Assembly: GCA_964522195.1 (NCBI GenBank)
Contig: CAZFSV010000001.1
Span: 44,680-108,679, forward strand
DNA from: an uncultured Candidatus Saccharibacteria bacterium
Lineage (GTDB): Bacteria > Patescibacteriota > Minisyncoccia > Phycocordibacterales > UBA9973
Direction of reading: 5' to 3'
Length of the DNA stretch: 64,000 bases
Part shown: positions 19,966-29,227 of the stretch, one piece after another
Layout of the letters: every line of letters starts with the position of its first letter
How positions within the stretch are numbered: the first letter of the stretch is position 1
Made by a program: the position numbers and the translations under genes
The notes under the pieces: model-generated
Told to the model about the DNA's origin: nothing
Databases searched by the model: none
Seen by the model: the letters and a program-made list of their open reading frames with translations, nothing else

Positions 19966-21651
19966 TTATAGGCGATTTATTTCTTTGTATACCTCAAGGA
20001 TCGGCTCGGGAATATCCTCGACTCGGATATGTGCGGATGAATATTCACCCTTGTATTCGTTCTTGCCCCAACTGAAAATATACAGAGCGACAGGTAAACT
20101 TTTCTTTTCAAGTTTTTCAATCAATTCTGCAAGCTTTGATTTGTCCTCCTTGAAATAGATTGCTGTCATTCGTCCGCGACCTTCAAAAATCTGCCACCAT
20201 TCATTTTTTTCAACTTCATTGAGAGTATCTTCACGGACAGCAATCATTTCTCCGGCTTGATAGGTAACACGAATTTTTGCTTCGTCAGGTATCTTCTGAA
20301 GATGTTCAATCTCAACAATATCTGTTTTGTAGTATGCAAGATTTCCTCCAAGCCCTTCAATTTTTTCACCAGTTTTTAAATTTTTATAGCCACTCATTAC
20401 TCGTTTTACGCGTTCGTAAGTCACTTCCTTGCAAATATTGTTTTCATTGTTAGTGCAAAGAATAAATCTACGATGACCACCGTCCTCTTTATTTATCTCG
20501 AGTACAGCATGACCAGTAGTACCAGATCCAGCAAAAAAGTCTACAACAAGAGCGTTGCGCCTATTTTTTGTTGTGGCAATTAAACACTCTTTTGTGTTGT
20601 AAAGTGATTTCGGAAATGGGAATTTTGTATCGATTATTTGATTTACCAAGCTTGAACCATAAGTATTAGAGTTATGTTTTGAATCCACCCATACTGTTTT
20701 GTATCTGTATTGACTCTTATATCTGTTGATTACAAGTTCACCTTTATTTTCTTCACACTTTAGTTCTCCCCAAATATCCTCAACTGTTTGTCTTGCAAAT
20801 CGCCACTTTCTTTCCACACCATTTCCATCAATGGGGTAAATTTCAACATTCCCATCTTTTCTTTTCTCGTTTGCGGATTTCGGATGTATCTCATCTTGAA
20901 GAACATCGCCAAATCCAATAATTTTCTTTGTTTTAGGATCAACAATAATTGAATAGAAACAATTTCGTGCTGTGTTCCTCTTAGATTCATCGCCACCCCA
21001 GTCTCTTAATGGGGTGGGTTTAACATCTTCTCTTTCTACGCGAGAAATATATTCCTTTCCTTTCGGAAAAATGAAATATGCATATTCGTGGGTATATGAG
21101 AAATTATCTCCTTGAATTCCACCTGGATTATGAATGATGGTTACGCAGACCTTTTCATGGGTAGGAAAAATATCCTCGAGCAAGAGACCTAGTGTCTCTT
21201 GCTCGTTGTGATCAATAGCACAAATTAAAATTCCATCTTGATTAAGAAGTTCCCTTGCGAGCTTCAATCTGTGACTCATAAAAGACAACCATTTGCTATG
21301 ACGATATTCGTCTTCCTTGTCTACATAGTCGTTGTTGTATCTCCAGTTTTTCGCTCCTGTGTTGTAGGGTGGATCAATGTAAATAACATCAACCTTCTTT
21401 TTATGAGTATAAACAAGAGCTGAAAGTGCATGATAGTTATCACCCTCAATCAGAAGATTATAGATTTCATTATCTGACTTCTTAACCTTAAGGTTTTTTA
21501 TTTGTCTCAATACAGGTATATTTTTTTGACCATCTACAACGACATCTTCTGGTTTTTCCTCCCAGATTAAGCCGTACTTGCGATCTTTTTTCAGACGTCT
21601 CAGTTCTGATTTCAAATCCGCTATCTCTTTTTGTAAATCTTTTTCAGACAT
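19966..21651 (-). CDS. mod: Type III R-M Mod subunit, N6-adenine DNA methyltransferase (beta class)
   Basis: Motif IV IYIDPPYNTG upstream of motif I VVDFFAGSGTTGHA; central variable TRD; 4 nt upstream of res. Confidence 0.8.
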   Translation of the reverse strand: MSEKDLQKEIADLKSELRRLKKDRKYGLIWEEKPEDVVVDGQKNIPVLRQIKNLKVKKSDNEIYNLLIEGDNYHALSALVYTHKKKVDVIYIDPPYNTGAKNWRYNNDYVDKEDEYRHSKWLSFMSHRLKLARELLNQDGILICAIDHNEQETLGLLLEDIFPTHEKVCVTIIHNPGGIQGDNFSYTHEYAYFIFPKGKEYISRVEREDVKPTPLRDWGGDESKRNTARNCFYSIIVDPKTKKIIGFGDVLQDEIHPKSANEKRKDGNVEIYPIDGNGVERKWRFARQTVEDIWGELKCEENKGELVINRYKSQYRYKTVWVDSKHNSNTYGSSLVNQIIDTKFPFPKSLYNTKECLIATTKNRRNALVVDFFAGSGTTGHAVLEINKEDGGHRRFILCTNNENNICKEVTYERVKRVMSGYKNLKTGEKIEGLGGNLAYYKTDIVEIEHLQKIPDEAKIRVTYQAGEMIAVREDTLNEVEKNEWWQIFEGRGRMTAIYFKEDKSKLAELIEKLEKKSLPVALYIFSWGKNEYKGEYSSAHIRVEDIPEPILEVYKEINRL

Positions 21652-21653
21652 AA

Positions 21654-21980
21654 TTATTTTCTTTTTACTATTTCTTCTCCTAAAGGACCTTCAATAAGTT
21701 TAACAGTTTCCTTTATAAACTGTTCCCATGTATACACTTCTTTGTACCACAATAAAACAACGTCGGTTCGATGCTTTAGAATTCTCAGAAATTTTTGCCA
21801 TGTAAATCCTACCGGTTTTAGTTCATCTTTCCACGCTTCCCATAAATATTTAGGGAGCTGATTTCCGTACCACACATTGAGATTTTCCCATTTAATAGAA
21901 GTATCTTTTGTGGTCATTTTTTCAATTGAACGAATCCAATCTTTTACATGCTGGGGTTCTTTTGGGGTAAAAAGTTTCAT
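21654..21980 (-). CDS. Hypothetical Trp-rich small protein, first gene of mod-res-PHP/ATPase operon
   Basis: 108-aa ORF ending 2 nt before mod start; no recognisable motif. Confidence 0.4.
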   Translation of the reverse strand: MKLFTPKEPQHVKDWIRSIEKMTTKDTSIKWENLNVWYGNQLPKYLWEAWKDELKPVGFTWQKFLRILKHRTDVVLLWYKEVYTWEQFIKETVKLIEGPLGEEIVKRK

Positions 21981-22088
21981 ATCCTAAGTATATGGTATAT
22001 TAAAAGAAAAGTAAAGTAATAAGATTACCAACATCTAGCAAATGAGACGCTCTGGACTCCTTGAGGGATATGCGTCATTCATTAGGGT

Positions 22089-23366
22089 ATGGAAACAGAA
22101 AAAGTAAAATATTGCTTATATGCAAGAAAATCAACTGAATCAGAAGAAAGACAGGTCCTTTCTATAGATTCACAGATTAAAGAGATGCTTCAATTAGCAG
22201 ATAGAGAGGGGTTAGAGATTGTAACGATGAAGCGTGAAAGCCACAGCGCCAAGGAAACAGGTCAAAGACCAGTCTTTAACGAAATAATAGAAGAATTAAG
22301 GGCTGGTAAGTTTAATGGAATACTCACATGGGCACCTGACCGTATTAGTAGAAATGCGGGAGATTTGGGAAAGATAGTGGACCTGATGGATGCAGGAAAA
22401 CTGAAAGAAATACGAACCTTTGGGCAAAAGTTTTCAAACAATCCGAATGAGAAGTTTCTTCTGATGATTTTAGGAAGTCAGGCAAAACTTGAGAATGATA
22501 ATAGGGGTATCAATGTAAAGCGAGGATTACGAACAAGGGTTGAGATGGGTCTCTGGCCAGGAGTGGCACCGCTCGGATATCTTAATCAAAGAGATTTAGA
22601 TAAAAAGTGTCAGCTAGTAGTAGACACACTTCGTGCTCCAATAGTGAAAAAGATATTTGAAAAAGTAGCTTATGAAAAAATGAGTGGTAGGAAAATATAT
22701 AACTGGCTCAGGTTTGAAGCGAATTTCTATACTCGAGGCAATAAACCCTTAACTCTCGCAGGAGTATATAGAATTCTAGAGAGTCCTTTTTATTATGGAA
22801 TGTTTGAATATCCGAAAGATAGCAGTAATTGGTATCAAGGTAAGCATAATCCATTAATTACAAAAGAATTATTTGAACAAGCTCAGGCACAACTGAAGAG
22901 AGATAATATACAAAGAGAGAATAAAGAATTCGCATTTACCAAACTATTTACTTGCGGATATTGTGAAAGTGGAATATCTGCAGAAGAGAAATGGAAACAA
23001 CTAAAAGATGGTACACATACAAAATACATATACTATTCGTGCAGTAGATCCCGAGATAGAAATTGTAAAAATAAATATATTCGTGAAGAGGAACTTATTA
23101 CTGAAATGTTGAATATATTAGATAAAGTAAATATAAATGAGCTTGGTATGAGGCAGAAGCTAGAAGACGAAATTACAAGATTTAATATATTCCAAAGGTC
23201 AGTACTTGGTGCGACAGATAAAATTAAAAACAACACAGAAGCAGATATACGAAACTATGCTAAGTATATTCTAAAAGAAGGGATGGTAAGTGAGAAAAGA
23301 GAATTGTTAGCCAACCTCAGAAGCAGGATTGTATATAAGGATAAGAAGCTAACACTAATAGAATAA
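22089..23366 (+). CDS. Large serine recombinase (resolvase/integrase family)
   Basis: N-terminal catalytic domain YARKSTESEERQ...SIDSQ, recombinase domain, Cys-rich zinc ribbon CGYCESG...YSCSRSRDRNC, C-terminal coiled coil. Confidence 0.85.
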   Translation: METEKVKYCLYARKSTESEERQVLSIDSQIKEMLQLADREGLEIVTMKRESHSAKETGQRPVFNEIIEELRAGKFNGILTWAPDRISRNAGDLGKIVDLMDAGKLKEIRTFGQKFSNNPNEKFLLMILGSQAKLENDNRGINVKRGLRTRVEMGLWPGVAPLGYLNQRDLDKKCQLVVDTLRAPIVKKIFEKVAYEKMSGRKIYNWLRFEANFYTRGNKPLTLAGVYRILESPFYYGMFEYPKDSSNWYQGKHNPLITKELFEQAQAQLKRDNIQRENKEFAFTKLFTCGYCESGISAEEKWKQLKDGTHTKYIYYSCSRSRDRNCKNKYIREEELITEMLNILDKVNINELGMRQKLEDEITRFNIFQRSVLGATDKIKNNTEADIRNYAKYILKEGMVSEKRELLANLRSRIVYKDKKLTLIE

Positions 23367-23373
23367 TTTATTT

Positions 23374-24762
23374 TTACTCATATTGAGAATGAATATTTTT
23401 AACATAGTCATCTGCAATTTGTAGAATTTCACTAAAAGTGAGTATTTCAATATTATGAAGTGAGTTACGAAGTTTCGTAAAGTCTCTCTTGAGACTTTTT
23501 TCTTTTACTTTATTTAATTTACTTTTAGTTAATTTGTGTTCAGAAGAAATAATAATTATTCCTCTTGGATGATAAAGGTTCTCTTCCTCGGTCATGTTAG
23601 TAATCTTATTTTCGTCAGAATTATTTTCAAATCGTTTCTGTACAATAGCATCCATGTAATTCATTGTTTGAATTACTGCTCTACTTAACTCAGAAGAAAA
23701 GCTAAAGTTTTTGTGAGAAGAATCCCAAGTAACAGCATTCTTAAGATGTGTTTTGATTTCGATAATATCAAGACCATTATAATGATTAATACCTATAAAA
23801 TCAGGATACTTTTTGTCACCATCAATATCTTTAAATTCAATTTTTGGATATATCTTTTTATATGAAAATACTAAATACAATAGATACTTTTCAAAGTATT
23901 TTTGCCAAAGATTTTCTAACTGTTTTATATCTGAAGTATCATCTGTGATTTTTGCGATAATTTTTTTAGCTTTCTCGGTGCTCATATCCGTAGAGCCAAG
24001 ATTAAGAATTTCTTTACCAACAGCAATAATGTCTTTGAGCTTTTCTTTTATAAAATACTCATCTAAAGATCTTAAAAAGTCTGGAGTAAATACCTCGTCG
24101 CGTATCAATTTTTCTGTAAAATACTCAAGATTCTTCACATCCTCTGTATCTAAAAAGTTATCGTAGTCTTTCTTTTTATTCTTATTTTTAAGATTGAAAC
24201 GCTCAATCATAAAAGAAAAATCTCCTTTGCCTATAGTTGTAGTTTCTTTTGGTGCTTTATTTGTGTACTTAAGTTTTAATTTATTTATTAAAAAAGTCTC
24301 GATGCGATCTCTACTAGATTTACCTTTTTTAAAAACATCATATGAATCACTTAAGATATCTATTAATACTGACTCTGGTATTTGTATTGTTTTTTCATTA
24401 GCTTTTCTTAAAATCTTTTTACCAGAGTTTAAGATTTTTATCTTAGAAAGAGTATCATCAATACCGAGAATATCTTTTATGTATTGAAACCATGGAATAT
24501 TATAGTCACTACCGTAACGGGTTCGTAGTACATTACTTATGTCTACCTTGTCTGAAATAAGTAATGACTGTTTATTATTTATTTTATCGTAACTATTTTG
24601 CTGTCGATTATAATAATGAAATTCTATGGTTGTGTCTTTTTTATTAAATATCACAACATCACCAGAAGGACAGGATATTTTAGAATCCTCAAAAACCATC
24701 CCTGGCCAGCTTAGGGATTGAAAAAACTCAACAATCTTTTCTTTTTGTGTTTTTTCTTCCAT
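23374..24762 (-). CDS. RecB-family PD-(D/E)xK nuclease-like protein (possibly Shedu/DUF4263-like)
   Basis: C-terminal KYPDFIGIN...GLDIIEIKT (PD, ExK) followed by QTMNY (QxxxY motif of RecB-family nucleases); 462 aa with long unrecognised N-terminal region. Confidence 0.4.
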   Translation of the reverse strand: MEEKTQKEKIVEFFQSLSWPGMVFEDSKISCPSGDVVIFNKKDTTIEFHYYNRQQNSYDKINNKQSLLISDKVDISNVLRTRYGSDYNIPWFQYIKDILGIDDTLSKIKILNSGKKILRKANEKTIQIPESVLIDILSDSYDVFKKGKSSRDRIETFLINKLKLKYTNKAPKETTTIGKGDFSFMIERFNLKNKNKKKDYDNFLDTEDVKNLEYFTEKLIRDEVFTPDFLRSLDEYFIKEKLKDIIAVGKEILNLGSTDMSTEKAKKIIAKITDDTSDIKQLENLWQKYFEKYLLYLVFSYKKIYPKIEFKDIDGDKKYPDFIGINHYNGLDIIEIKTHLKNAVTWDSSHKNFSFSSELSRAVIQTMNYMDAIVQKRFENNSDENKITNMTEEENLYHPRGIIIISSEHKLTKSKLNKVKEKSLKRDFTKLRNSLHNIEILTFSEILQIADDYVKNIHSQYE

Positions 24763-24776
24763 GCTTATATTTTACC

Positions 24777-24806
24777 AAAAAAAAGCAGATTAATCTGCTG
24801 TTTTTT
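24777..24806. terminator. Bidirectional rho-independent terminator
   Basis: aaaaaaaagcagat-taa-tctgctgtttttt perfect hairpin. Confidence 0.7.
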
Positions 24807-24865
24807 GGTACGTGAGTCACACCGCTTGCACGGGCAAGTGGGTTGACTCCGATACTAAATTGTGT

Positions 24866-24955
24866 TGGCGGAGAGAGCGAGATTCGAACTCGCGGTCCTG
24901 TTTAAGGGACGACGGTTTAGTAAACCGTTGATTTAAACCACTCATCCATCTCTCC
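24866..24955 (-). tRNA. Type II (long variable arm) tRNA, Ser-like, apparent anticodon ACU
   Basis: GGAGAGATGGATGAGTGGTTTAAATCAACGGTTTACTAAACCGTCGTCCCTTAAACAGGACCGCGAGTTCGAATCTCGCTCTCTCCGCCA. Acceptor 7 bp, T-arm GCGAG/TTCGAAT/CTCGC, G73, encoded CCA, 3-bp D-stem typical of tRNA-Ser. Anticodon loop TTACTAA reads A34-C35-U36. Confidence 0.65.
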
Positions 24956-25021
24956 ATGAAACACAATTAATAATATAGCATAAAATGGAAAAATAGTAAT
25001 AATATGCTAAAGTATTTCTAT

Positions 25022-25111
25022 GGAGCCGTGGGAGAGTGGTCTAATCTACCTCTTTGCTAAAGAGGCAGGCTGTAAAAGGCCTCGAGGGTTCGAATCCCTC
25101 CGGCTCCGCCA
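25022..25111 (+). tRNA. tRNA-Ser(GCU)
   Basis: GGAGCCGTGGGAGAGTGG...CCTCT-TTGCTAA-AGAGG anticodon arm (GCU), long variable arm, T-arm AGGGTTCGAATCCCT, G73, CCA encoded. Confidence 0.85.
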
Positions 25112-25134
25112 GATTTTAATACTATAATAAACTT

Positions 25135-25530
25135 ATGAATTCATATAATTGGTATAGTACTTTAATCAAGCCTAGTTGGGCTCCGCCTAGTTATCTTTTC
25201 GGTCCAGTTTGGACTGTTTTATATATTTTAATTTTTATTTCTTTTGGAAAAGTTTTTATGCTTTTTTTTGAAAAAAAGATACCTTGGGTGGTGGCTTTAC
25301 CTTTTGTTTTAAATTTATTTTTTAATTTTATTTTTACTTATTTTCAGTTTACTTTAAAAAATAATTTATTAGCTTCCTTAGATATTCTTCTGGTTTTAAT
25401 AACTTTAATTTGGGCTATGTTTGTTATTTATCCTTATGTAAAATGGATTACCTATATTCAAATACCTTATTTACTTTGGGTTTCTTTTGCTACAATATTG
25501 CAATTAACTATTACATATCTAAATAGATAA
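25135..25530 (+). CDS. TspO/MBR family tryptophan-rich membrane protein (short)
   Basis: N-terminal signature [23 protein letters not shown] characteristic of TspO; 131 aa, multiple TM helices. Confidence 0.55.
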   Translation: MNSYNWYSTLIKPSWAPPSYLFGPVWTVLYILIFISFGKVFMLFFEKKIPWVVALPFVLNLFFNFIFTYFQFTLKNNLLASLDILLVLITLIWAMFVIYPYVKWITYIQIPYLLWVSFATILQLTITYLNR

Positions 25531-26691
25531 TTATTTAAATAAAGAAATTTTATTAGCTACAATTTCTACTACTTTTTTATCAAACATAGAAGGGATAATT
25601 TTTTTTGGATTTATGTCTTCTGTCATATCGGCTAAAGCTTCAGCAATAGCTCCAAACATTTCAATTTTAAATTGGGAAATATTATTTTCAAGTATACCTT
25701 TAAATGCTCCAGGAAAAACTAAAGAATTATTGATTTGATTAGGATAATCACTTCGTCCAGTAGCTACTATATATGCTCCAGCAGATATAGCTTCTTCGGG
25801 CATTATTTCAGGGGTAGGGTTTGCGAGAGCAAAAATAATAGGATTTTCTTTCATGGTTTTTATCATATCTTTTGTTAAAGTATTTGGTTTGGAAAGACCA
25901 ATAAATACTTGGGCGTGTATTATTGCATCTTCTAATTTTCCTTCTCCCGTTTTTGTTATACTATTTTCTATTAATTCTATTTTTTCTTTATTTAAATCTT
26001 TTCTTCCTTTATGAATTATTCCTTTACTATCACAATAAATAATATTTTTAAATCCGTAATTATTAAGTAATCTACCAGTTGCAACTCCTGCTGCTCCAAC
26101 TCCACTGATGACTATTTTAAAATTTTCTTTTTTATTTTTAAAATTTATGTCTAATAATTTTAAAGAATTAATTAAAGCAGCAAGAGTAACTGTTGCAGCT
26201 CCCCATTGATCATCGTGCATTACTGGAATATCTAGCTCATTTCGTAATCTTTCTTCAATCTCAAAACATCTAGGAGCCGATATGTCTTCTAAATTAATTC
26301 CACCAAAAACAGGAGATATATTTTTAACTATATTTATTATTTCTTCTGTGTCTTGAGTTTTAAGACAAATTGGAAAAGCATCAACATTTGCAAATTCTTT
26401 AAAAATACAAGCCTTGCCTTCCATTACAGGTATAGCAGCTAAAGCACCTAAATTGCCGAGACCAAGTATTGCTGAACCGTCGCTTATTATAGCGACGGTA
26501 TTTTTTTTCAAGGTATATTTTTTTGCAAAATCAGGGTCACTAGCTATAACTTTTGAAACTTCTGCAACTCCCGGACTGTAAGCTAAAGATAAAATTTCTT
26601 TTGAATCTAATTTTATCTTACTTTTTGTTTCTAATTTACCATTATTATTTTCGTGTAATTCTAAAGATTTTTTATATATATCATTTTCCAT
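25531..26691 (-). CDS. NAD(P)-dependent malic enzyme (short form)
   Basis: LAYSPGVAEV, GLGNLGA, ISGVGAAGVA dinucleotide-binding motif; 386 aa. Confidence 0.8.
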   Translation of the reverse strand: MENDIYKKSLELHENNNGKLETKSKIKLDSKEILSLAYSPGVAEVSKVIASDPDFAKKYTLKKNTVAIISDGSAILGLGNLGALAAIPVMEGKACIFKEFANVDAFPICLKTQDTEEIINIVKNISPVFGGINLEDISAPRCFEIEERLRNELDIPVMHDDQWGAATVTLAALINSLKLLDINFKNKKENFKIVISGVGAAGVATGRLLNNYGFKNIIYCDSKGIIHKGRKDLNKEKIELIENSITKTGEGKLEDAIIHAQVFIGLSKPNTLTKDMIKTMKENPIIFALANPTPEIMPEEAISAGAYIVATGRSDYPNQINNSLVFPGAFKGILENNISQFKIEMFGAIAEALADMTEDINPKKIIPSMFDKKVVEIVANKISLFK

Positions 26692-26726
26692 TTTTACATT
26701 TTACACTTTTTTTAATTTTATTAAAA

Positions 26727-27377
26727 CTAATGAGCTATAGTGAAGGCTATTATTTTATTTGCACCATTTTTCTTTAGTGCTTTTTTTGCTTCTTTGAGAG
26801 TTGCTCCTGTTGTGGTTACATCATCTATTAAAATAATATTTCTATTTTTAATTAAATCTTTATTTCTGATTTCAAAAGTATTTATTAAGTTCTTCAATCT
26901 TTCTTGTTTGTTTTTTATATGAGCTTGATGCTCTGTTTCTTTGTTTTTGTATAAAATATTTTTATTTAAAACAAAGTTTTCTTTTTTGTCTAATTTTTCT
27001 AAATTTTTACCAATAAGTAAACTTTGATTATAACCTCTTTCCTTCAATCTTTTTTTGGAAAGGGGAATTGGTATCAATATTGCTTTATTAAAATTTTGAA
27101 GTAACTTCAATTCTGATAATTCTTCTAAGATTCTAGGATATAAATAATTTGCAAGTATTATAGATAATTGTTTTTTATTTTTATATTTAAGATTCCAGAT
27201 AATTTTTTTCATAATTGGATTCCGGTAATCAAATATGGTATAGATAAAACTTTCTAGTTCTTTTTCGTTTAAATCCAAGCTATTTAAGCAATTCTCACAT
27301 ATTAAAATACTTGCTTTTTGACAATTTAAGCATCTTTCAGGGAATACAAAATCAATAATTGTTTTTAGAAAATTCAT
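26727..27377 (-). CDS. comF: ComF/GntX family phosphoribosyltransferase (competence protein F)
   Basis: N-terminal zinc finger CLNCQK...CENC, C-terminal PRTase motif IILIDDVTTTGATL. Confidence 0.75.
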   Translation of the reverse strand: MNFLKTIIDFVFPERCLNCQKASILICENCLNSLDLNEKELESFIYTIFDYRNPIMKKIIWNLKYKNKKQLSIILANYLYPRILEELSELKLLQNFNKAILIPIPLSKKRLKERGYNQSLLIGKNLEKLDKKENFVLNKNILYKNKETEHQAHIKNKQERLKNLINTFEIRNKDLIKNRNIILIDDVTTTGATLKEAKKALKKNGANKIIAFTIAH

Positions 27378-27401
27378 TTTGTGCTATAATTCTATTATAT
27401 T

Positions 27402-28538
27402 ATGTCAGGAATTTTTTCAAAAATTTTAGATACAGTTAAAGAGATTACAGATAAAAATATTACTGGTGATACTAGCGCTGTTGGTATTGATATTGGTACT
27501 TCTTCTATTAAGGTTGTAGAAATAAAAAAGAAAAACGGCAAAGCTATGCTTGAGACTTACGGATCTATAGCCTTAGGTCCATATGCGGGACTTGATTTGG
27601 GTGCTATAACAAATTTACCTTTAGAAAAAATTACTGAAGCTTTAAGTGAAGTTTTTAAGCAAGCGGGTATTAATTCTAATTCAGTCGCTATTGCTGTTCC
27701 AGTTCAATCCAGTTTAGTTTTTTCTATGCAATTACCACTTCAGGTTAACGAAAAAGACATTTCAAGTATCGTAACTACAGAAGCTCGTAAATATATACCG
27801 ATTCCTATTAATGAAGTTTCGTTAGACTTTTTTGAAATACCAAAGAAGGAACTAAATTTTGAGGAAGCAAATAATCCAGAATTTGTAGCAAATGATGATT
27901 TAAAAAAAGATATGTTGGTTGTTGCAATTCAAAATGATGCAATTGAAAAATTAAAATCAATTACTAATTCTGCAAAATTAAATAGTAGTTTTTTTGAAGT
28001 TGAAATCTTTTCTTCAGTGCGTTCTTGTTTTGAACATGAATTATCTTTAGTTGCGTTAATTGACTTTGGTGCTTCTAGAGTAAAAGTTTCTTTTGTTGAA
28101 TTCGGAATTGTGAAAAATTATCACACAATAGAGAGAGGAAGTTTTGATATTTCTTCTTCTGTTTCAAAATCTTTAAGCATTACTTTTGAAAAAGCAGAAA
28201 ATTTAAAAAAAGAATATGGGATGTATGATAATGACGTAGAGAAAAACTTAAAAGACGTGATTAAAGTTCACACAGACTATATCTTTTCTGAAATAAATAA
28301 TGTATTATTAAGATATGAGAAAACACACAGTAGATCTGTTACTAAAATAATTTTCACAGGCGCTGGATCTTTAATGAAAGGTTTTAAAGAAGAAGCTGAA
28401 AATAATTTTAAAGTAGAGGTAGAAATGGCAACTCCGTTTAAAAAAGTAGGCAGTCCAGCTTTTTTGGAAAAAGTATTAGATGAAATTGGTAGAGAATTTT
28501 CTGTTGCTTTGGGTTTAGCGTTACGTAAATTACAATAA
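27402..28538 (+). CDS. pilM: Type IV pilus assembly protein PilM (actin-like ATPase fold)
   Basis: VGIDIGTSSIKVVEI N-terminal actin-fold motif; 378 aa; first gene of pilMNO-pilB-pilT-pilC cluster. Confidence 0.8.
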   Translation: MSGIFSKILDTVKEITDKNITGDTSAVGIDIGTSSIKVVEIKKKNGKAMLETYGSIALGPYAGLDLGAITNLPLEKITEALSEVFKQAGINSNSVAIAVPVQSSLVFSMQLPLQVNEKDISSIVTTEARKYIPIPINEVSLDFFEIPKKELNFEEANNPEFVANDDLKKDMLVVAIQNDAIEKLKSITNSAKLNSSFFEVEIFSSVRSCFEHELSLVALIDFGASRVKVSFVEFGIVKNYHTIERGSFDISSSVSKSLSITFEKAENLKKEYGMYDNDVEKNLKDVIKVHTDYIFSEINNVLLRYEKTHSRSVTKIIFTGAGSLMKGFKEEAENNFKVEVEMATPFKKVGSPAFLEKVLDEIGREFSVALGLALRKLQ

Positions 28539-28581
28539 AGTATAGTATAATATTACTATAATAATGTGTTAGTATAAAAAT

Positions 28582-29226
28582 ATGGAGCAAAATTTTCAAA
28601 CATCTTTTATCCCTAAAAAACCAATAATAGAAGAAAGTAATGTTAAAGAGAAAAAATCTATGGGTTTTTTCTTGCTTCTTTCTATTATAATCTTTTTATC
28701 AATTAGCTTGTTTTATTTTGCAATATTTTTATACGGAGAAAGCTTAGATTCTAAAATAGTAAAAAATAAAGAATCTATTAAAAGATTTAAAGATAGTTTT
28801 GAAATTTCTGTTATTGAGACATTGGAAGTATTAGATAAAAGATTAATTGCCTCTACTAAGATTCTTGAAAAACATATCACAGTTAGCCCAATTTTTAAAA
28901 TTTTGCAAGAAATTACAATGAAGTCAGTAAGTTATACCAAGTTTTCTTATCAAATATCAGAAAAAGATGAAGTTGTTATAAAAATGAGCGGAAAAGCTGA
29001 AAGTTATAAATCGATTGCTCTGCAGTCTGATTTATTTTCTAATAATAAAAATTTAATAGAGCCAGTTTTTTCAAATTTAACTTTAGATGAAAAGGGGAAT
29101 GTGTTATTTGATTTAGAGTTTAAAGTAGATCCTGTTTTGGTAAATTATAAACATACTTTAGATAAAGAAAGAAATATTGCAGTACCGGTTGAAAATAATA
29201 ACATTATAATTAATAATCCAAATTAA
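28582..29226 (+). CDS. PilN-like bitopic membrane protein
   Basis: Single N-terminal TM after short cytoplasmic segment, position after pilM. Confidence 0.5.
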   Translation: MEQNFQTSFIPKKPIIEESNVKEKKSMGFFLLLSIIIFLSISLFYFAIFLYGESLDSKIVKNKESIKRFKDSFEISVIETLEVLDKRLIASTKILEKHITVSPIFKILQEITMKSVSYTKFSYQISEKDEVVIKMSGKAESYKSIALQSDLFSNNKNLIEPVFSNLTLDEKGNVLFDLEFKVDPVLVNYKHTLDKERNIAVPVENNNIIINNPN

Positions 29227-29227
29227 A

